From a virus, in the IMG/VR virus record IMGVR_UViG_3300025664_000001, positions 6,652-70,651 of that record: a stretch of DNA of 64,000 nucleotides; one strand, given 5' to 3'. Position numbers and translations under genes: made by a program. A model generated the notes under the pieces. The model searched no databases, had not been told where the DNA came from, and worked only from the letters and a program-made list of their open reading frames with translations. Positions 39,772-50,368 of this stretch are shown here, piece by piece; within the stretch, counting starts at the first letter, position 1, and each line of letters begins with the position of its first letter.

Positions 39772-40793
39772 TGACCGACTCATCCTTCCATGATATCCGC
39801 CTGCCCGACGACGTTGAGCAAGGCGCGCAGGGCGGCCCGAGCTTCCTGACGACCGTTGTTGCCATGGGTGGCGGCGACGAGCAGCGGAACGCTGAGTGGT
39901 CGGCCGCGCGCTTGTCGTGGGATATTGCCTACGGCATCCGCACGAAAGACCTGTTCGAAACCACCATCGCGTTTTTCCGGGCGCGTAAGGGGCGGCTGCA
40001 TGGGTTCCGCTTCCGCGATTGGTCCGACTTCGAGTCGGCTCCGGCCCCGGGCGAGACGCTTGGCGTCGGTGTGGATGCGGTCGCGGCCACCGGCCTGCTC
40101 ACCTTCACGGCCGAACCGCTCAACAACGAGACCGTCGTCATCGGGGCGACGACCTACACGTTCAAGACGACTCTGACCGGCGCCGCGAACGAAGTTCTGC
40201 GTGGCGCTTCCGCAGCGACTTCGTGCGCGAACCTGATCGCCGCCGTCACGGCCGGCGCGGGTATTGGCACGACCTACGGCACCGGCACCACGGCGAACGC
40301 GACGGCGACGGCGTCGGCTGGCGCGGGAACCACGGTCGTTGTCACTGCCCTCACCGCGGGCGTGGCGGGCAACAGCATCGTGACGACCGAGACTTCGACG
40401 GTCGGTTCGTTCGCAGCGGCGACGCTGCTCGGCGGCTTGGAAAAGCTGCGCCTGTTCCAACTGATCAAGACCTACGAGGATTCGGAAGGGTCCGACGTGC
40501 GCGTCATCACGCGCCCCGTGGACGTGGACCCTGACACTTCGCTTCACACGATCTTCGTCTATGTCAACGGTGTGCTGAAGACTGAGACGACGGACTGGGT
40601 GCTGGCGGATGGCGGCATCATCAACTTCAACACGAGCCACGAGCCCGCGGCCGGGGCGACCGTGTCGGCGGTGTTCGAATTCGACGTTCCTGTCCGCTTC
40701 GATGTGGACAAAATGAGCGTGTCTCTGATGTGGTATAATGCCGGCGCGATCAATTCGCTCCCGATCATAGAACTTCGCGACGAGGCATTCTAA
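39771..40793 (+). CDS. distal tail protein (DUF2460, GTA-like) with inserted domain
   Basis: GGP.F.T.V, E.RN..W, FFRAR.GRL.GFRFRDW.D, FEFDVPVRFD. Confidence 0.9.
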   Translation: MTDSSFHDIRLPDDVEQGAQGGPSFLTTVVAMGGGDEQRNAEWSAARLSWDIAYGIRTKDLFETTIAFFRARKGRLHGFRFRDWSDFESAPAPGETLGVGVDAVAATGLLTFTAEPLNNETVVIGATTYTFKTTLTGAANEVLRGASAATSCANLIAAVTAGAGIGTTYGTGTTANATATASAGAGTTVVVTALTAGVAGNSIVTTETSTVGSFAAATLLGGLEKLRLFQLIKTYEDSEGSDVRVITRPVDVDPDTSLHTIFVYVNGVLKTETTDWVLADGGIINFNTSHEPAAGATVSAVFEFDVPVRFDVDKMSVSLMWYNAGAINSLPIIELRDEAF

Positions 40794-42004
40794 TGCGCAC
40801 GGCCAGCGGCACGCTTGGCACGCTGATGCAGACTGAGGCGCTGCATCTCGCGCGCCTTTGGATCATCACTCGTATCGATGGCACCGTGCTCTACCTCACC
40901 GACCATGACAAGGATATTCCCGAGGGCGGCCATGTCTTCAAGCACTCGGGCTTTACCTCGTCGGCGGTCCTGTCCGCGTCTGACCAGACGGTGATTCAGG
41001 GCATGACGATGACTGTGCTTTTCGCCACCGACCAGTTCACCATCGAAGACTGCAACGGCCATCGCTACGATGGCTCGGCCAGCCTCTTGCGCATTGTCGA
41101 TTGGACGAACCCGGATGCCGGTAGCATGACGATCTTCGGCGGCACCATCACGCGCTCGGAAGTTAAGGGCGAGAAGCAGGTGGCGCTAGAAGTCGATGGG
41201 CTCATGTCTGCCAACCGGCAGATCAACGTTGAATCGTATGGCTCGATGTGCCGCGCCAATCTCGGGGACTCGCGTTGCAAGTTCGATATCAACTCGCTGA
41301 AGGCAACCTTCACCGTCGCCACCGTTGTCAACGCGCTGGAATTCACGACGGTCGAACTCAATCAGGCTGACTTCTATTGGAACCTCGGGGTGCTGCAAAT
41401 CACGTCCGGCCCTAACGAGGGCATGTCGGTGGAAGTGCGCAACTCGACGAGCGTGACGAAGGACATTGAAGTCTACGTTCCGCTCCCGTTCGATCTTCAG
41501 CCCGGGGACACTGGCAACATCTGGCCCGGGTGTGACAAGTCGTTCGTGATGTGCCACGACCGTTATAACAACGTAGTCAACATTCGAGCCGAGCCGCAAT
41601 TCCAGAACCCGGCGAGCGGCGTCACGGTCTCGGTTGATGGTACGGGCTCGGGCACGGGCTCGGGCTCGACCGCAAGCGTCCCGCTCCTGAATTTCTTGGC
41701 GACGATCATCTGCACGGAGCTTAACGCTCAGTGCTTGATTGAAACGAAGCTCTACGCAGCCGACCGTGAGTATGGCCGCAAGCTGGCGCTGGAGTATCCG
41801 TGGACTTACGCCGGCTACATGCTCTGGGCGACCCCTGTCGTCAAGCTCATGCGCAAGTCCTATCGCTTCACCCAGTTCGTCGCATGGGTTGGCATGCCGA
41901 TCATTCGCGAGATGGCGGGTGAGCATAGCAGGTACGGCTCCGTCGGGCTGAAGCTCGGCCGGGCGTTCTCGACGATGCTCGCTTGGCTCGTGCTCAGGGA
42001 CTAG
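40793..42004 (+). CDS. baseplate hub (DUF2163/BR0599) with extra C-terminal IICT domain
   Basis: W.I.R.DG....TDHD, CRA.LGD.RC, GCDK...C..RYNN..N. Confidence 0.9.
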   Translation: MRTASGTLGTLMQTEALHLARLWIITRIDGTVLYLTDHDKDIPEGGHVFKHSGFTSSAVLSASDQTVIQGMTMTVLFATDQFTIEDCNGHRYDGSASLLRIVDWTNPDAGSMTIFGGTITRSEVKGEKQVALEVDGLMSANRQINVESYGSMCRANLGDSRCKFDINSLKATFTVATVVNALEFTTVELNQADFYWNLGVLQITSGPNEGMSVEVRNSTSVTKDIEVYVPLPFDLQPGDTGNIWPGCDKSFVMCHDRYNNVVNIRAEPQFQNPASGVTVSVDGTGSGTGSGSTASVPLLNFLATIICTELNAQCLIETKLYAADREYGRKLALEYPWTYAGYMLWATPVVKLMRKSYRFTQFVAWVGMPIIREMAGEHSRYGSVGLKLGRAFSTMLAWLVLRD

Positions 42005-42008
42005 CGCC

Positions 42009-45000
42009 ATGGTTACGACCGTCAACACTGGCATTGCAACCAACCCGGGCGTCGCGCAGGGCTCCTACGCGGCTGACCAGACGCAGTTCTATGGCTTGCC
42101 TATCCCCATTTCCTATGGGCGTCGGATGCAGGCCGGGGTGAATCTTTGGTCTGGTCCGCTGCGCGTCAACGGTTCGTCGCGTCTGATCGACTTCGCCGTT
42201 GGCTTCGGCAAGACGGGAGTGCCGGCCGCCGAACTTCTCAACACTGATCTGCTCCGCCTTTGGATTGAAGGCATCCTCGTCATCGACCGCACGTCGCTGA
42301 CGGGGTCGAGCGTATCGGCCGGCCTCAACTTCACGCTCTACAATGGCGCGGAAAACCAGCTTCCCGACCCGGACATGATCGCCAATCTCGGCGCGGACAA
42401 CACTCCCGCGTTCCGCGAGATGGTTTACATGGTCTTCAAGGATTTTCCGCTCGATCAGTACGGCCTCTTCCGCCTGCCGAACATGCGGGCCGAGCTTTCC
42501 GATATCACTAGCTCGCTCGCCGAAGTGCAACAGTTCACGCGACTGACCGGCGCGCTGGACGACCGTCAGAACTCTAGTTGCGTGGACTGGGAACTGATGC
42601 GGCTCTACACGTTCGCGTTCGATACGACTGTGCTCGGCACGCCGGACGTTCCGGCAACCTACATCACTGTCTACGATCTGACGACCGGGCAGATGGTTTC
42701 TCAGAGTCTTGTTAAGGCCGAGAATAGCTTTGATCCCTTCTTCGGCATCGGCTTCCCCGCGGGCGGCTTCTGCTATCCGCTTAAGGGCTCGGGCCGCGGC
42801 TACCTCGTTCTCAAGCAGTTCAATGCCAACACCGACCCTCTCGTTGTGATCGATCCGATTGCGGGAACCGTGGTCGGGCATTTCGGTGAGGCCAGCATAG
42901 CGCTGGAAAACACGGCGGATGGTTTTGTCGCCGTGTACTATGCCGACGGTGTGCAGTTGACGAACGATCTTGCCATCGATGGCAGTGTCATCCCGAACAT
43001 TCATGCATCGGAAATTCTTGTGACCGGCTCGCTCTTCACGGATTTGGGCATGCTGGAGATTGATGCCAGCAGCGCGCTCTCGGTCTACAATCTGGGCACT
43101 ACCCTCGACGCGAACATCAAGGGCATCAAGTCCGGTGAGCCTCTGGCTATCGACGGGGAGCCCACGGACGCTTCGTCTGTCGCTTACGTCGCGACCGACA
43201 AGCTTTGGCGCGTGCAGGTGAACCGCCAGTACCATGAGACCGTTTACACCACCGGCACTCAGGACGCGAACGGCAATTACAACTACTCGATCACGAACAA
43301 CATTTCGGCGAGTCAGTTCTACACGCCGAACGGCGGCAACATCAATTATATATTTGTGGACAAACCCTCCGCCGAAGTGATCGTGTTCTACACTCACGAC
43401 GATCAGGATTTCGTTGCGCGCGTGAAGCACCCTAACGCGGGCAAGCTATTCGGGAAGATTTCCAAGGACGTGCAGACTGATACTCAAGTGGGCATCGTGC
43501 TCTACGAAGAGATTGCGCTCCCGTGCGCTCTGCCCAATGGTAGCAAGCCCGGCTGGGATATGTCGGATACCCGTGCGAACACTCTTGGATGGTCCGGGCT
43601 CGATGTTCTTGGTCACGAAATCTTTTGCATCCTCAATCTGAAGACCGGAACGTTCGTCACGTATCCGTTCACGACGTGGCGCTTCTCCGGCGACACCGTG
43701 AATCAAGTCGGCGATATCAACGCGCATAGCATTGGGTCCGTGTGGTCGAGCACGGGGAACTACCTGCTCACCTACGGCAACGTTGACACGTTCGGCTATG
43801 GCAAGGTCTACCCGGGCCGCGCTCCCGACGACGAGTACAATCTGTCCGACTTGCTCCGCTGGTACGCGCTGGGCGCCGGCTTCGCGCCGGACCAGATCGT
43901 CGTCTCTGGCATCGACGACCTTGTCATCGGCAGCATCATAGAACAGCAAATTCCGTTCTGGACCATGCTGGGCGATATCGCGAGCCTCTACTCGTTTCAG
44001 GTTTTTGAATCGGAAGGCGCCATCAAGTTCACGCGCAACTCCGTCGGCGAAGCGCTCGTCATCGCCGCGACGCTCGAAGCCTCGAAAGACTTGGCATGGG
44101 TCAACAATGACCCGGCGAGCGACTCCCGCATGCTACTCGACGCTAAACAGAACGCCGGGACGCTGCCGCCGTCGAAGGTCATCCTGACCTACCTCAACTT
44201 CAACGCTGACTATTCGACTGACACCGTCTATTCGTCGCGCACGACGTTCCCGGTTGAGACCACGCAGCAAGGCAGCACGCAGAACTTCGCCGTGCCGCTC
44301 GTGCTGACTCCGTCCGAAGCGCTCGTGCGGCTGACGAAGGCCCTGTACAATCTCTGGACGAGCCAAGATCAGATTTCGTTCCGCGTGCCGCCGCGTCTCA
44401 TGGGGCTGGAGCCCGCCGACGTGGTCAAGATCATCACGGACGTTGCTACCTACCTCCTGATGATCACCGAAGATTCCATCAACGCCGACTATTCGTCGTC
44501 GATGCTCTCTGTTCCGTACACCATCGACAACACGATCACGAGTCTTGCCGCCGAGACCGCCATCCACGCGACAACGAGCGTCGCCGGGCTCGCCTATTCG
44601 ATGACGTGGGTGTTCGATATCGAGCAACTTTACTTCGCCGGTCAGACCAGCACGCTCGTCCCCGTCCTTACGAAAGTGACCGGCCTCGGGCAGTTCGGAT
44701 GGACGGGCGGCTCGGAATTCTTCTCTGTCAACGGGCAGGACTTTCCGCGCGCCTACCGGACCACTTTGGAGCCGGCGTTCGCAGGACGTGTTGTGGGCCT
44801 GCCGACGAACCCGGCCATGGCGCCGTTCATCGACGACGTGAACCTGATGACAGTGACGCGCACCCATGGCTCGGGCAGCAACCTCGCGGCTATCAGCACG
44901 ACGGACTTCCTCAACGGCGGGAACGTCGCGCTGTATGGCGACACTGGGCGTTGGGAGTGGATTCAGTTTCGTGACGTGACGGTGAACGACGATCAGAGCA

Positions 45001-45563
45001 TCACGCTCGGGTACATCATGCGCGGCCTGCGTGGGTCTGAAGACGCCATGGCTCTGCATCACCCCAGCGACCGCCTCTACATACCGTTCTATTACACCGA
45101 CCTAGTCCCGGTGCTCGTGGACAACTCGTCGCGAGGCAGCTTTGTCTTTTACGAAGCCGTTGGCGACCGGCTCAATCAAGCCGACGAGCCGATCATTCCG
45201 GTGACGTTCTTGGGCAACGCAGGTAAGTGCTTCGCGCCGGCTACGCTGGCTGCTGCCAAGTCGGGCTCAGACGCGGTCCTGACGTGGAACGCGCGCACCC
45301 GTTTGAACGACGACACCCTGCACGATAGCGACGGCAACACTACGCTTGAGACCGCCGAGCTTTACGACGTGGAAATCATCGACCCCGGCTCGGGCCTCGT
45401 TGTACGTACGGTGACGGGCCTCACTTCGGCGACGTATACTTACACGTCGGCTCAACAGACGACCGACCTTGGCGGCGTGCTCGCGAACGTCACCTTCCGG
45501 GTCTACCAGATCAACTACCTCGGCCGCGGGTTCGCCGGCCAGCGCGCTTGTGACGTGCTCTAG
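42009..45563 (+). CDS. tail tip / GTA megatron-like host specificity protein
   Basis: YG.PIP..YG, PAFR...Y.VF, LEPADV, WE.IQF, RG.RGSE. Confidence 0.85.
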   Translation: MVTTVNTGIATNPGVAQGSYAADQTQFYGLPIPISYGRRMQAGVNLWSGPLRVNGSSRLIDFAVGFGKTGVPAAELLNTDLLRLWIEGILVIDRTSLTGSSVSAGLNFTLYNGAENQLPDPDMIANLGADNTPAFREMVYMVFKDFPLDQYGLFRLPNMRAELSDITSSLAEVQQFTRLTGALDDRQNSSCVDWELMRLYTFAFDTTVLGTPDVPATYITVYDLTTGQMVSQSLVKAENSFDPFFGIGFPAGGFCYPLKGSGRGYLVLKQFNANTDPLVVIDPIAGTVVGHFGEASIALENTADGFVAVYYADGVQLTNDLAIDGSVIPNIHASEILVTGSLFTDLGMLEIDASSALSVYNLGTTLDANIKGIKSGEPLAIDGEPTDASSVAYVATDKLWRVQVNRQYHETVYTTGTQDANGNYNYSITNNISASQFYTPNGGNINYIFVDKPSAEVIVFYTHDDQDFVARVKHPNAGKLFGKISKDVQTDTQVGIVLYEEIALPCALPNGSKPGWDMSDTRANTLGWSGLDVLGHEIFCILNLKTGTFVTYPFTTWRFSGDTVNQVGDINAHSIGSVWSSTGNYLLTYGNVDTFGYGKVYPGRAPDDEYNLSDLLRWYALGAGFAPDQIVVSGIDDLVIGSIIEQQIPFWTMLGDIASLYSFQVFESEGAIKFTRNSVGEALVIAATLEASKDLAWVNNDPASDSRMLLDAKQNAGTLPPSKVILTYLNFNADYSTDTVYSSRTTFPVETTQQGSTQNFAVPLVLTPSEALVRLTKALYNLWTSQDQISFRVPPRLMGLEPADVVKIITDVATYLLMITEDSINADYSSSMLSVPYTIDNTITSLAAETAIHATTSVAGLAYSMTWVFDIEQLYFAGQTSTLVPVLTKVTGLGQFGWTGGSEFFSVNGQDFPRAYRTTLEPAFAGRVVGLPTNPAMAPFIDDVNLMTVTRTHGSGSNLAAISTTDFLNGGNVALYGDTGRWEWIQFRDVTVNDDQSITLGYIMRGLRGSEDAMALHHPSDRLYIPFYYTDLVPVLVDNSSRGSFVFYEAVGDRLNQADEPIIPVTFLGNAGKCFAPATLAAAKSGSDAVLTWNARTRLNDDTLHDSDGNTTLETAELYDVEIIDPGSGLVVRTVTGLTSATYTYTSAQQTTDLGGVLANVTFRVYQINYLGRGFAGQRACDVL

Positions 45564-45572
45564 GGAGCTACC

Positions 45573-46322
45573 ATGCCTAACTCGAATTATCTTGATATCG
45601 TCCCGCTGACGACCGGCCAGACGAACAAGGAAGCCTCGATCAATACCGGCTGGTCCGCGTTTGAGCAGGCGTGTAACCAGTTGTGCGATGTGGATTTGAC
45701 TTCGGCCAGCCACACGCTCAGCGTGACCGAATTCACGCGCAACATTCTCTTCGATTGTCATGGCCACTCGGTCGCGCGCAACCTCGTCACGCCGGACCAT
45801 GTCAACATCGGCAACCCGATCAATCGCTTGTTCGTGGTCAAGAACCGGGGCACGTCCTCTGGCGCCGTGACGGTCAAGAACGCGGCAGGCACTACCATCG
45901 TCGTCCCCATAGGCGCCGCGGCGCTGCTCTTCAACGATGGCACGAACATCACCGCCGTTCTCTACGACTTGTCCGCGGCGGTCTTCCCGTTCGACGTGCC
46001 CGCGGAGTGGCGCGGCGTGCTGACGAACTCGTGCGTCATCCGGCAGTTCATCGCGGTGCGTGCGTTCGAATTCGCGGCGGTCAACCTCGTCGGCTCGGAA
46101 GCCGCGGTGACTGTCAACCCGACCGCAACTATGACAATCACGTTCAACAAGAACGGAAGCCCGTTCGCCACGCTGGCCTATAGCACGTCGGGCGTGCCGA
46201 CCTTCACCATGGCCTCGCCCACGTCCTTCGCCATCGGCGATACCTTCAGCGCAGTGGGGCAGGCCAGCGCGGACGCTACCGGCGCCGGAGCCTACTTCAC
46301 GCTTCTTGGGGTCCGCCTCTAA
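45573..46322 (+). CDS. tail fibre adaptor (DUF2793-like N-terminus)
   Basis: L...Q..KE..IN motif; follows the tip protein. Confidence 0.65.
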   Translation: MPNSNYLDIVPLTTGQTNKEASINTGWSAFEQACNQLCDVDLTSASHTLSVTEFTRNILFDCHGHSVARNLVTPDHVNIGNPINRLFVVKNRGTSSGAVTVKNAAGTTIVVPIGAAALLFNDGTNITAVLYDLSAAVFPFDVPAEWRGVLTNSCVIRQFIAVRAFEFAAVNLVGSEAAVTVNPTATMTITFNKNGSPFATLAYSTSGVPTFTMASPTSFAIGDTFSAVGQASADATGAGAYFTLLGVRL

Positions 46323-47653
46323 TGGGAATAACACCTAACGTTCTCGGTACGGCAACCGGGGCAAGCACCACTGCCGTTGGGAGCTTCACGGTTCCCGCGG
46401 GCGGTGGGCTGCTCGTCGTTTCCATCATCAACAAGACCAGCATAGCCGTAACTATGGGGATGACGGTTGACGGCGTAGCTATGTCGGCGACCGAGACACC
46501 TTCCTCCGACACGAACACCGTCAATATTTTCTACGCGGTGGTTGCGGCGGGCAGTCGTGTTCTTGCCCTCACGGGCATGTCTAGCTCGTATGAGTGGGTA
46601 GCCGGCGTCACCCTGTTGACGGGTTACGACGCGGCGCTAGTTTCTTCTCCCGTTCATGGGACCAATGATGTTGGCTCAGGTACGGCCAACTCTCTGGACT
46701 TGAACATAGCCGCATCGTCGGTTGCTATTTACGCACATCTGCACTTGAACACGAACGGCACGACGTGGGGCACGGCCACTGGTGATTTGGAGAGCGGCAC
46801 ATCGGGTAGCTCCGACGGCGCCGTGGCTCATTATGTCAGTACGGGGGCCGAGTCTCCGCACACTGAAACCACGGCTTTCAGTGGGGCTACGTTCACTCGG
46901 CTTACCGGCGCAACGTGGGCACCTGACACGGGCGGCGGTGGCGGTGGCGGAACGCCCGGCACGCTGGACTACCGTGGCGCATCCGCGGCCCTAGACACTA
47001 ACGTCGCTGCCACTCACGACTTCGGCAGTTTCGATGTGGCCTCTGATGGTACGCTGATTGTCGTCTTCGCCGGCACGAACGATAATTTGCGCGCCATGTC
47101 CGGCATCACGGCCGGCGGTGTGGCGATGAACGTGCAGTCGAGCGAAACGACGAACGGTCTTCAGATCATTCTCGCTACCCTCCCGGTGACGCTGGCCGGT
47201 GGCCCTTACGACATTCAGGGAACCTACGCGCTCAGCCCCGGCTCTGGCAGCTACATGCTGGCCGCCGTCTACCTGATGGCTGATGCCACGGCTGAGACGC
47301 CTGACGATTTGTTCGGGCCGACGGCGAGCAGTAGCACGACTCCGAGCGTCACGGCGAATGCTGTCGATCATAGCTGCGTTGTCATGGCGTGGGCGAGCGA
47401 GACGACCCCGGTTCCGACTCCGTCGTTCGATACCGATCTTGACGTTGCCACGCCCAATGCTCGCGTGACCATAGGGCACAAGCTCGTCCCTACGGCTGAG
47501 ACCCCGCACACGGAATCTAATGACAATCATACGGCGGGGAGCCCCATCACCGTTGCCCTCGGCGGTGCATGGCATGCTACCGCAGACTTCACCTTTCTCT
47601 TCGTCCCCATCCCTGTTAACATCTACGAAGCCTCTGGCTTCTTCATGGAGTAG
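46322..47653 (+). CDS. putative receptor-binding protein with two tandem beta domains
   Basis: two similar halves (AESPHTE / AETPHTE) joined by a poly-Gly linker. Confidence 0.6.
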   Translation: MGITPNVLGTATGASTTAVGSFTVPAGGGLLVVSIINKTSIAVTMGMTVDGVAMSATETPSSDTNTVNIFYAVVAAGSRVLALTGMSSSYEWVAGVTLLTGYDAALVSSPVHGTNDVGSGTANSLDLNIAASSVAIYAHLHLNTNGTTWGTATGDLESGTSGSSDGAVAHYVSTGAESPHTETTAFSGATFTRLTGATWAPDTGGGGGGGTPGTLDYRGASAALDTNVAATHDFGSFDVASDGTLIVVFAGTNDNLRAMSGITAGGVAMNVQSSETTNGLQIILATLPVTLAGGPYDIQGTYALSPGSGSYMLAAVYLMADATAETPDDLFGPTASSSTTPSVTANAVDHSCVVMAWASETTPVPTPSFDTDLDVATPNARVTIGHKLVPTAETPHTESNDNHTAGSPITVALGGAWHATADFTFLFVPIPVNIYEASGFFME

Positions 47654-47656
47654 ATC

Positions 47657-48643
47657 ATGGCAAACTTGAACCTTGACCGCCCGAAATTCTATGCCGCCAT
47701 CAAGGCGCAACTATTCCCGTCGATAAGCGCAACTCAAGTTGCGGGTATCGAGCGCTGGTTCGCCTACTGGGAAAGCAACCCCTCCCTCACGGACGTGCGC
47801 TGGCTGGCCTACGTGCTGGCGACGAACTACTGGGAAACCGGACGCCGGATGCAACCCGTCGTTGAGATAGGCAAGGGCCGGGGACGGGCGTACGGCGCTC
47901 TCTACGCCCCCATCTCGTCGGGAAACCCGGTCCATGTTAAAGACGGCATGATATACTACGGTCGCGGCGACCCGCAATTAACGTGGGAGCTTAATTACGA
48001 CAAGATGCAAGCCGTGACCGGCTGGCCGCTCGTCAAGCAGCCTGACTCGATGCTCAACCCCAAGGTGTCGGCCGAAGTCACGGTCTACGGCATGACCCAT
48101 GGCTCGTTCACTGGCCGGTCGCTGGGCACCTACTTCAACGATCATGCGGCCGACCCGCTCAACGCGCGCCGGATCATCAATGGCATGGATCAAGCGGCTC
48201 AGATCGCAGCCATCTACGCGCACTTCCTAGACGCGCTGGAGCAGGCTAGGGCGATCACGGCCATTATCCCCCACGGCGACGGCGTAGGCACGCTGACGGC
48301 CACGACGTACGCCCCCAAGCCCCTCCCGGCCCTCCCGACGCCCGCCTATCACGATATTCGGGTGTCCGGCAAGGTGGAAGCCAAGCCCGTGGCAGGCACC
48401 CCCAAGACGCTCGGGGCCACGGGTGTCGGTTCTCTGGCTATCATCTGGCAGAGCGGGTACAATAAGTGGGCTATCATGGCGGCTGTCGCGGTGTTCGCGG
48501 TTGCCCTGATCATTCACTTCGCCAAGGCCAAGCCTGTCGTCTACGTCAAGGGTCCGGTCACTGTGATCGAACCCCTGCCCGTCGTGACCCCGGCTCCGGC
48601 TCCCGACCCCGCTGCGCAACCCGTAGCTCAACCGAAGGCATAG
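47657..48643 (+). CDS. endolysin, GH19-like, with C-terminal hydrophobic segment
   Basis: LAY.LAT..WET..MQP..E, YYGRG..QLTW..NY, ARRIING.D. Confidence 0.85.
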   Translation: MANLNLDRPKFYAAIKAQLFPSISATQVAGIERWFAYWESNPSLTDVRWLAYVLATNYWETGRRMQPVVEIGKGRGRAYGALYAPISSGNPVHVKDGMIYYGRGDPQLTWELNYDKMQAVTGWPLVKQPDSMLNPKVSAEVTVYGMTHGSFTGRSLGTYFNDHAADPLNARRIINGMDQAAQIAAIYAHFLDALEQARAITAIIPHGDGVGTLTATTYAPKPLPALPTPAYHDIRVSGKVEAKPVAGTPKTLGATGVGSLAIIWQSGYNKWAIMAAVAVFAVALIIHFAKAKPVVYVKGPVTVIEPLPVVTPAPAPDPAAQPVAQPKA

Positions 48644-48647
48644 ACCC

Positions 48648-49004
48648 ATGTCGTTCAAAGACCGGCTCGCCGCCGCCCGCGTCACCATCGGTTCGATGTG
48701 GGGCGCGTCGAGCACGCATATCCTCGCCGGACTGGGCTCGATCCAGTCCTTGCTTTTCGTGACCCAGCCCGACTTGTTCGGCAACAAGGCCATCCCCATC
48801 GCTCTGTTTGCCGTGACCATGACGGCCACGGTCCTGCGTATCACGTGCCCGCCTGCCCCGAGCATCCCCATCGATCAGGCCGACCGCGTGGTTCGGCATG
48901 ACGACGACAATGCCGTCACCATCGTCAAGGCCACTCCGATTGACCCGAGCATCTGCAACAAGGTGCCGGGCCAGACGGTAGCCGACGCCAAGGCGGCGGT
49001 GTAG
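48648..49004 (+). CDS. putative holin/membrane protein
   Basis: 2 hydrophobic segments, downstream of the endolysin. Confidence 0.5.
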   Translation: MSFKDRLAAARVTIGSMWGASSTHILAGLGSIQSLLFVTQPDLFGNKAIPIALFAVTMTATVLRITCPPAPSIPIDQADRVVRHDDDNAVTIVKATPIDPSICNKVPGQTVADAKAAV

Positions 49005-49006
49005 CC

Positions 49007-49411
49007 ATGTTCGCCCTCTTACTCGGCTTCGTTACCAACCTCTTGGGCGGTAGCTTCACGTCAAGCGTGCTCGGCTACCTCGAAAAGAAGTCGGACAACG
49101 CCACCGAAGTCCTGCGTATCAGGGCGCTGAATGAGCAAGTGCTCTCTCAGACCGCGTCCACCGTCGTCGTGGCCGGCATGGCGCACCGCATGTTCTGGGT
49201 AGCGTGGTCGATGGCCGCCATCCCGATGGCCGCATGGTTCGGCTATGGCATGCTCGATACGCTGCTCAACGGAGCCCTGCCGGCGGAAGCTTCGATTCCC
49301 GATGGCCTGCTCCCTTACGCGACCGTCGTATGGTCGAACATCTTCTATGCTGGCGCCGCTGGAGCCGTCGCCGGTTCCTTCGCGTCGGTGCTGGCGGCTC
49401 GTAAGGGGTAG
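49007..49411 (+). CDS. putative holin (3 TM)
   Basis: hydrophobic segments, basic C-terminus. Confidence 0.6.
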   Translation: MFALLLGFVTNLLGGSFTSSVLGYLEKKSDNATEVLRIRALNEQVLSQTASTVVVAGMAHRMFWVAWSMAAIPMAAWFGYGMLDTLLNGALPAEASIPDGLLPYATVVWSNIFYAGAAGAVAGSFASVLAARKG

Positions 49412-49415
49412 AGCG

Positions 49416-49895
49416 ATGAAGCGGGCCATGGTCTCCAATCTGGCGGCGGACAGGGTCGAGCTTGCCCGGCGCGCGGCGGCGAACAAGCTCAAGATCGCGT
49501 CGAACAAGGCGATCATCCGCCTCGACAACGCTGCGACGGTTGCTGCGCACACGCTCAACACGTCTGCCGTGGAAGCGTCCGCGAAGCTAAACGAGTCAGC
49601 CGTAGCCGCGGCCAGTAAGCTCAGCGCTTCCGCCGACGAGGCGAGCGCCAAGCTAGTGACGGCGGCCGACAAGGCGGTGGACAAGATCGACAACATGCTG
49701 CTCAAAATCGGCATCGATGTTGACGACCCCAAGGCGACCGTGTCCTTGAAACAGGATATCGTCTACGCCCACAACATGCGGTTGACGAGCGAACTCGTCC
49801 GCGGGCAGGGTCTCAAGGCCGCGGTGTGGACCCTCATTCCCGCCTTGCTGGCGTTCCTCGGATACACCTTTCGAGATTTCTGGTTTCACCACTAG
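49416..49895 (+). CDS. Ala-rich repeat protein with C-terminal TM
   Basis: 11-aa repeats (A.KL..SA..A) and a C-terminal TM. Confidence 0.6.
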   Translation: MKRAMVSNLAADRVELARRAAANKLKIASNKAIIRLDNAATVAAHTLNTSAVEASAKLNESAVAAASKLSASADEASAKLVTAADKAVDKIDNMLLKIGIDVDDPKATVSLKQDIVYAHNMRLTSELVRGQGLKAAVWTLIPALLAFLGYTFRDFWFHH

Positions 49896-49909
49896 ACAAG
49901 GGGTCCCAT

Positions 49910-50368
49910 ATGGACTACGAACACGAGCAGACTGATGGGCGAACCCTCGAAGAGAAGGCGCTCGTAGCTCTCGGACGCATCGAAAAGGCGTTCGAGCATA
50001 TCGTCCGTTCCCTTGAACGGCTCGAATCTTCACTGGCCAAACTGGAGAATGCCATGAACCTTGACTTCACGAACGTAAACGCCGGGATTGCCGGCGTGCA
50101 AGCCGCTTTCCAGAAGCAGTCGGCAGACATTGCCGCTGCTCTCGTCATCCTCGCGGGTGTCACCGTCGTTGACGGCGATCAAGCGAAGCTCGACGCGGTT
50201 GCCACGACCCTTGGCAACATCAAGACCGCTGCCGATACGTCGGACGCGGCTCTGGAAGCAGTGCTCAATCCCCCGGCCGCCGCGGTTCCTGCCGCTGCCG
50301 CCACCACTGATGCGGCCCCGGCCGCTGCGACTGACACCGCTCCGGCCGCTGCCGCCGCTGCTCAGTAG
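49910..50368 (+). CDS. coiled-coil protein with Ala/Pro-rich tail (possible internal start MNLDF at 50054)
   Basis: heptad pattern; GGAG upstream of the internal ATG. Confidence 0.55.
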   Translation: MDYEHEQTDGRTLEEKALVALGRIEKAFEHIVRSLERLESSLAKLENAMNLDFTNVNAGIAGVQAAFQKQSADIAAALVILAGVTVVDGDQAKLDAVATTLGNIKTAADTSDAALEAVLNPPAAAVPAAAATTDAAPAAATDTAPAAAAAAQ

